Origin: an uncultured Spirochaetota bacterium
GTDB taxonomy: Bacteria > Spirochaetota > Brevinematia > Brevinematales > JAOACQ01
NCBI GenBank assembly: GCA_963835575.1
Contig: CAWIGG010000005.1
Span: 64,001 to 128,000 of the forward strand
Length of the DNA stretch: 64,000 bases
Direction of reading: 5' to 3'
The notes under the pieces are model-generated. The model did no database searches and had not been told where the DNA came from. It worked only from the letters and a program-made list of their open reading frames with translations. Both the position numbers and the translations under genes were made by a program. This document shows, piece after piece, positions 61,763 through 64,000 of the stretch (the stretch's first letter is position 1; the number at the start of each line of letters is the position of its first letter).

Positions 61763-63253
61763 ATGGATAGAAATTATAATAAAGAGAAATTGCTTCTTGC
61801 CATTAAAGAAGTGACTAAAGAGGAATATCAGGACAGCAAAGATACTCCAATACCTACATATTTTATCTATATTCCTCAGAGTCATGCAAGAGCTCTTGAT
61901 CCCGATATTTCTATTGTTGTTGGAATTCGCGGCGCAGGAAAGAGTTTTTGGTGGCAAACCCTCACTAATCAAACTATACGCTCAGAATTGATTAAAACTA
62001 ATAAAGAAGAATTGTCTGAAATATCAAATGTTGATGTTTATAGAGGTTTTGGAAGCGGGCCTGATGATTCATATCCTTCAAAAGAAATTATAAATAATCT
62101 TTGTAAAAACTTTGAACCTAAGTTTGTATGGCGTGCTGTAATAGCCTATAATTTAAGATTACAGAGTGTTGTGCAACAATCAAAAAAGCAGCAGAACAAA
62201 TGGGAAATAATAACCAATTGGGTATTTAATAATATAGAAAATTACGAAAGGTCAATTGCTGCCAAAGATGATGAATTAACAAAAGCTGGAAGAAAAGCGT
62301 TAATTCTTTTTGACGCTTTGGACCGTCTGGCGGATGAATGGAAAGACATAAGACCTATAGCCAAGCAACTTTTTATGACTGCTCTTGAAATGCGAAGCTA
62401 TAAATCAATACGGCTTAAACTATTTGTCAGACCGGATATGTTAGGAGATGATACAATTCTTGCTTTCCCGGATGCATCCAAACTTAAAGCCAGAACACTC
62501 GATCTAACATGGAATCGCTCCGATCTGTATTCATTGTTTTTTCAAAGATTGGCAAACAGTACAAATTATGGGAACGATTTCAGAGATATTACCAAAAATA
62601 ATTTTCATATTGAATGGCAAAGAATAGATTCTTGGAGTCTATTGAAAAATTACCGGAATGATGAGGAAACTCTAAAAAAACTCTTTCATTCTATTACAGG
62701 ACCATTTATGGCAAAAGGCGAAAGCGGTAATAAACGGGGAACTCCTTACACATGGCTTGTAAACCACTTAATGGATGGACGAGATCAGGTAAGCCCCAGA
62801 AGTTTTCTAGCCGCATTATATAAAGCCGCAGAAACAGTTGTTGAAGATACAGCATGGAATTATCCTCTAAATCCAAAAGCAATACAAGCAGGAGTAACAA
62901 AAGCCTCATCTATCAGAAAAGATGAGATTGTATTAGAAGATTACCCATGGGTAAAATATCTTATGGAACCTCTCAGAGTAAATCGCCTGATTGTGCCCTG
63001 CGATAAAAAGGAAATCATTGTAATCTGGAATTCTAATAATACTGTGGAAAACTTTCGAAAGAAAATAGAAAATAGCCAGGATAGTGTTAAATTGCCTCCA
63101 ATAGATATAGAAGAGGGAACCATTGGAATTTTGAAAGATTTAATTGATCTTGGGATTTTTCAGAGTTTACCTAACCGCAAAATTCAAATGCCTGATGTAT
63201 ATCGAATCGCTTTTGGGATAGGACGAAAAGGCGGGGTAAAACCTTTAAGATAA
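61763..63253 (+). CDS. P-loop ATPase (Sll1717-like)
   Basis: VVGIRGAGKS, LFDALDR, KLFVRPD, L.W, DG..Q.SPRSFL, MPDVYR..FG..RKGGV; start set at ATG 61763. Confidence 0.8.
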   Translation: MDRNYNKEKLLLAIKEVTKEEYQDSKDTPIPTYFIYIPQSHARALDPDISIVVGIRGAGKSFWWQTLTNQTIRSELIKTNKEELSEISNVDVYRGFGSGPDDSYPSKEIINNLCKNFEPKFVWRAVIAYNLRLQSVVQQSKKQQNKWEIITNWVFNNIENYERSIAAKDDELTKAGRKALILFDALDRLADEWKDIRPIAKQLFMTALEMRSYKSIRLKLFVRPDMLGDDTILAFPDASKLKARTLDLTWNRSDLYSLFFQRLANSTNYGNDFRDITKNNFHIEWQRIDSWSLLKNYRNDEETLKKLFHSITGPFMAKGESGNKRGTPYTWLVNHLMDGRDQVSPRSFLAALYKAAETVVEDTAWNYPLNPKAIQAGVTKASSIRKDEIVLEDYPWVKYLMEPLRVNRLIVPCDKKEIIVIWNSNNTVENFRKKIENSQDSVKLPPIDIEEGTIGILKDLIDLGIFQSLPNRKIQMPDVYRIAFGIGRKGGVKPLR

Positions 63254-63321
63254 GACTAAACATTAAGTATTACATTCCACATTCAGAGTTTATACTGAGC
63301 AGCGCAGTAAATTAAAGGGTG

Positions 63322-63351
63322 CCCTCTGCTTTTCTCTGCGCCCTTGTGTTT
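63322..63351. repeat. periodic arm (reverse, degenerate), right of the three-gene block
   Basis: CCCTCTGCTTTTCTCTGCGCCCTTGTGTTT; further arm CTTCGTGCCTTCCCGTCTTCC at about 63421. Confidence 0.5.
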
Positions 63352-63458
63352 AACCCCCAAAAGCAACTTACCATATTCAAGATCCGACTTACAAAATTAA
63401 GCCTTTCCATCCAAACCGACCTTCGTGCCTTCCCGTCTTCCTGTTAATTTTAGTTTCA

Positions 63459-64000
63459 CTACTTATCCTTATAAAATCTTTTTAGCTCATAAAAGGCAAG
63501 CTTCTTTTTCCTTTTATCAGCGGTCAGAAGCCCTTTTATATTATAATAATTCTGCGTAAAGTGCAGGCGGCGCGGGCAGCGGAAATCATACATGATCCAG
63601 GGGGTTATTCCCTTCACATAGGGAATACGCGCGATTGTTTCCAGCTGTTTTTTATAGACCTCAAGCTGGAATTCTTCCGTTCCCAGCATCCCTCTTTTGT
63701 TCCTGAAGCCGGCCTTCGCGTCGGCGCCGAATTCCGATATGATGACGGGTTTAACCGGTTTGCTGTTTTGAAATATCTTCAAGAGTTTGCTGAAATCGGG
63801 CTCATACCAGCCGTAATACTCATTGAAGCCGATGATGTCCAGCCTTGAGGCCAGGCGGTCGGCAATTTTCAGGTTAATATGGTCAACCAGGCAGGCCGCC
63901 GAAACAAGCCTTGAAGGATCAAGCTTTCGGGCTTTAAGGACAAGCCCCGACATAAAACGGCAGCGCGGGTCCGTATCCGGGTTCTCATTGCCGACCGACC
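63459..64000 (-). CDS. GH2 beta-glucuronidase-like hydrolase, 3' part (5' end beyond the window)
   Basis: Frame open from the window edge: SVGNEN acid/base motif, NEYYGWY, ISEFGA nucleophile, W..YDFR..RR, N.KGL. Confidence 0.85.
   Translation of the reverse strand, partial: SVGNENPDTDPRCRFMSGLVLKARKLDPSRLVSAACLVDHINLKIADRLASRLDIIGFNEYYGWYEPDFSKLLKIFQNSKPVKPVIISEFGADAKAGFRNKRGMLGTEEFQLEVYKKQLETIARIPYVKGITPWIMYDFRCPRRLHFTQNYYNIKGLLTADKRKKKLAFYELKRFYKDK

Overview
64 kb of a bacterial chromosome. Spirochaete-like origin is inferred from the many lipoproteins, LolA, a DUF4398-LysM lipoprotein and fliS/FapA. Housekeeping loci (tRNA-Leu, rsfS, sigma54-type amtB-glnK-glnD, fliS, argG, glgA, recF, queC, riboflavin synthase, P-type ATPase) alternate with accessory DNA. 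The mobile elements are IS5 (truncating a lipoprotein gene), a frameshifted IS1182 abutting a group II intron, IS256 and an IS256-type MITE; a hicAB module is also present. Two uncharacterised defence-like operons stand out. (i) A HEPN-like protein, a KGGVGR-type ParA/MinD ATPase and a second P-loop ATPase form an AT-richer block inside a putative beta-glucuronidase/uridylyltransferase/glucuronokinase-like salvage locus. (ii) A pair of STAND-like ATPases, the second with near-identical 99-bp Sel1-like tandem repeats, sits behind a perfect 28-bp operator-like palindrome. Intergenic regions carry a family of 9-nt-periodic inverted-arm repeats and other REP-like hairpins. Family assignments come from motif recognition by eye; no database searches were run.
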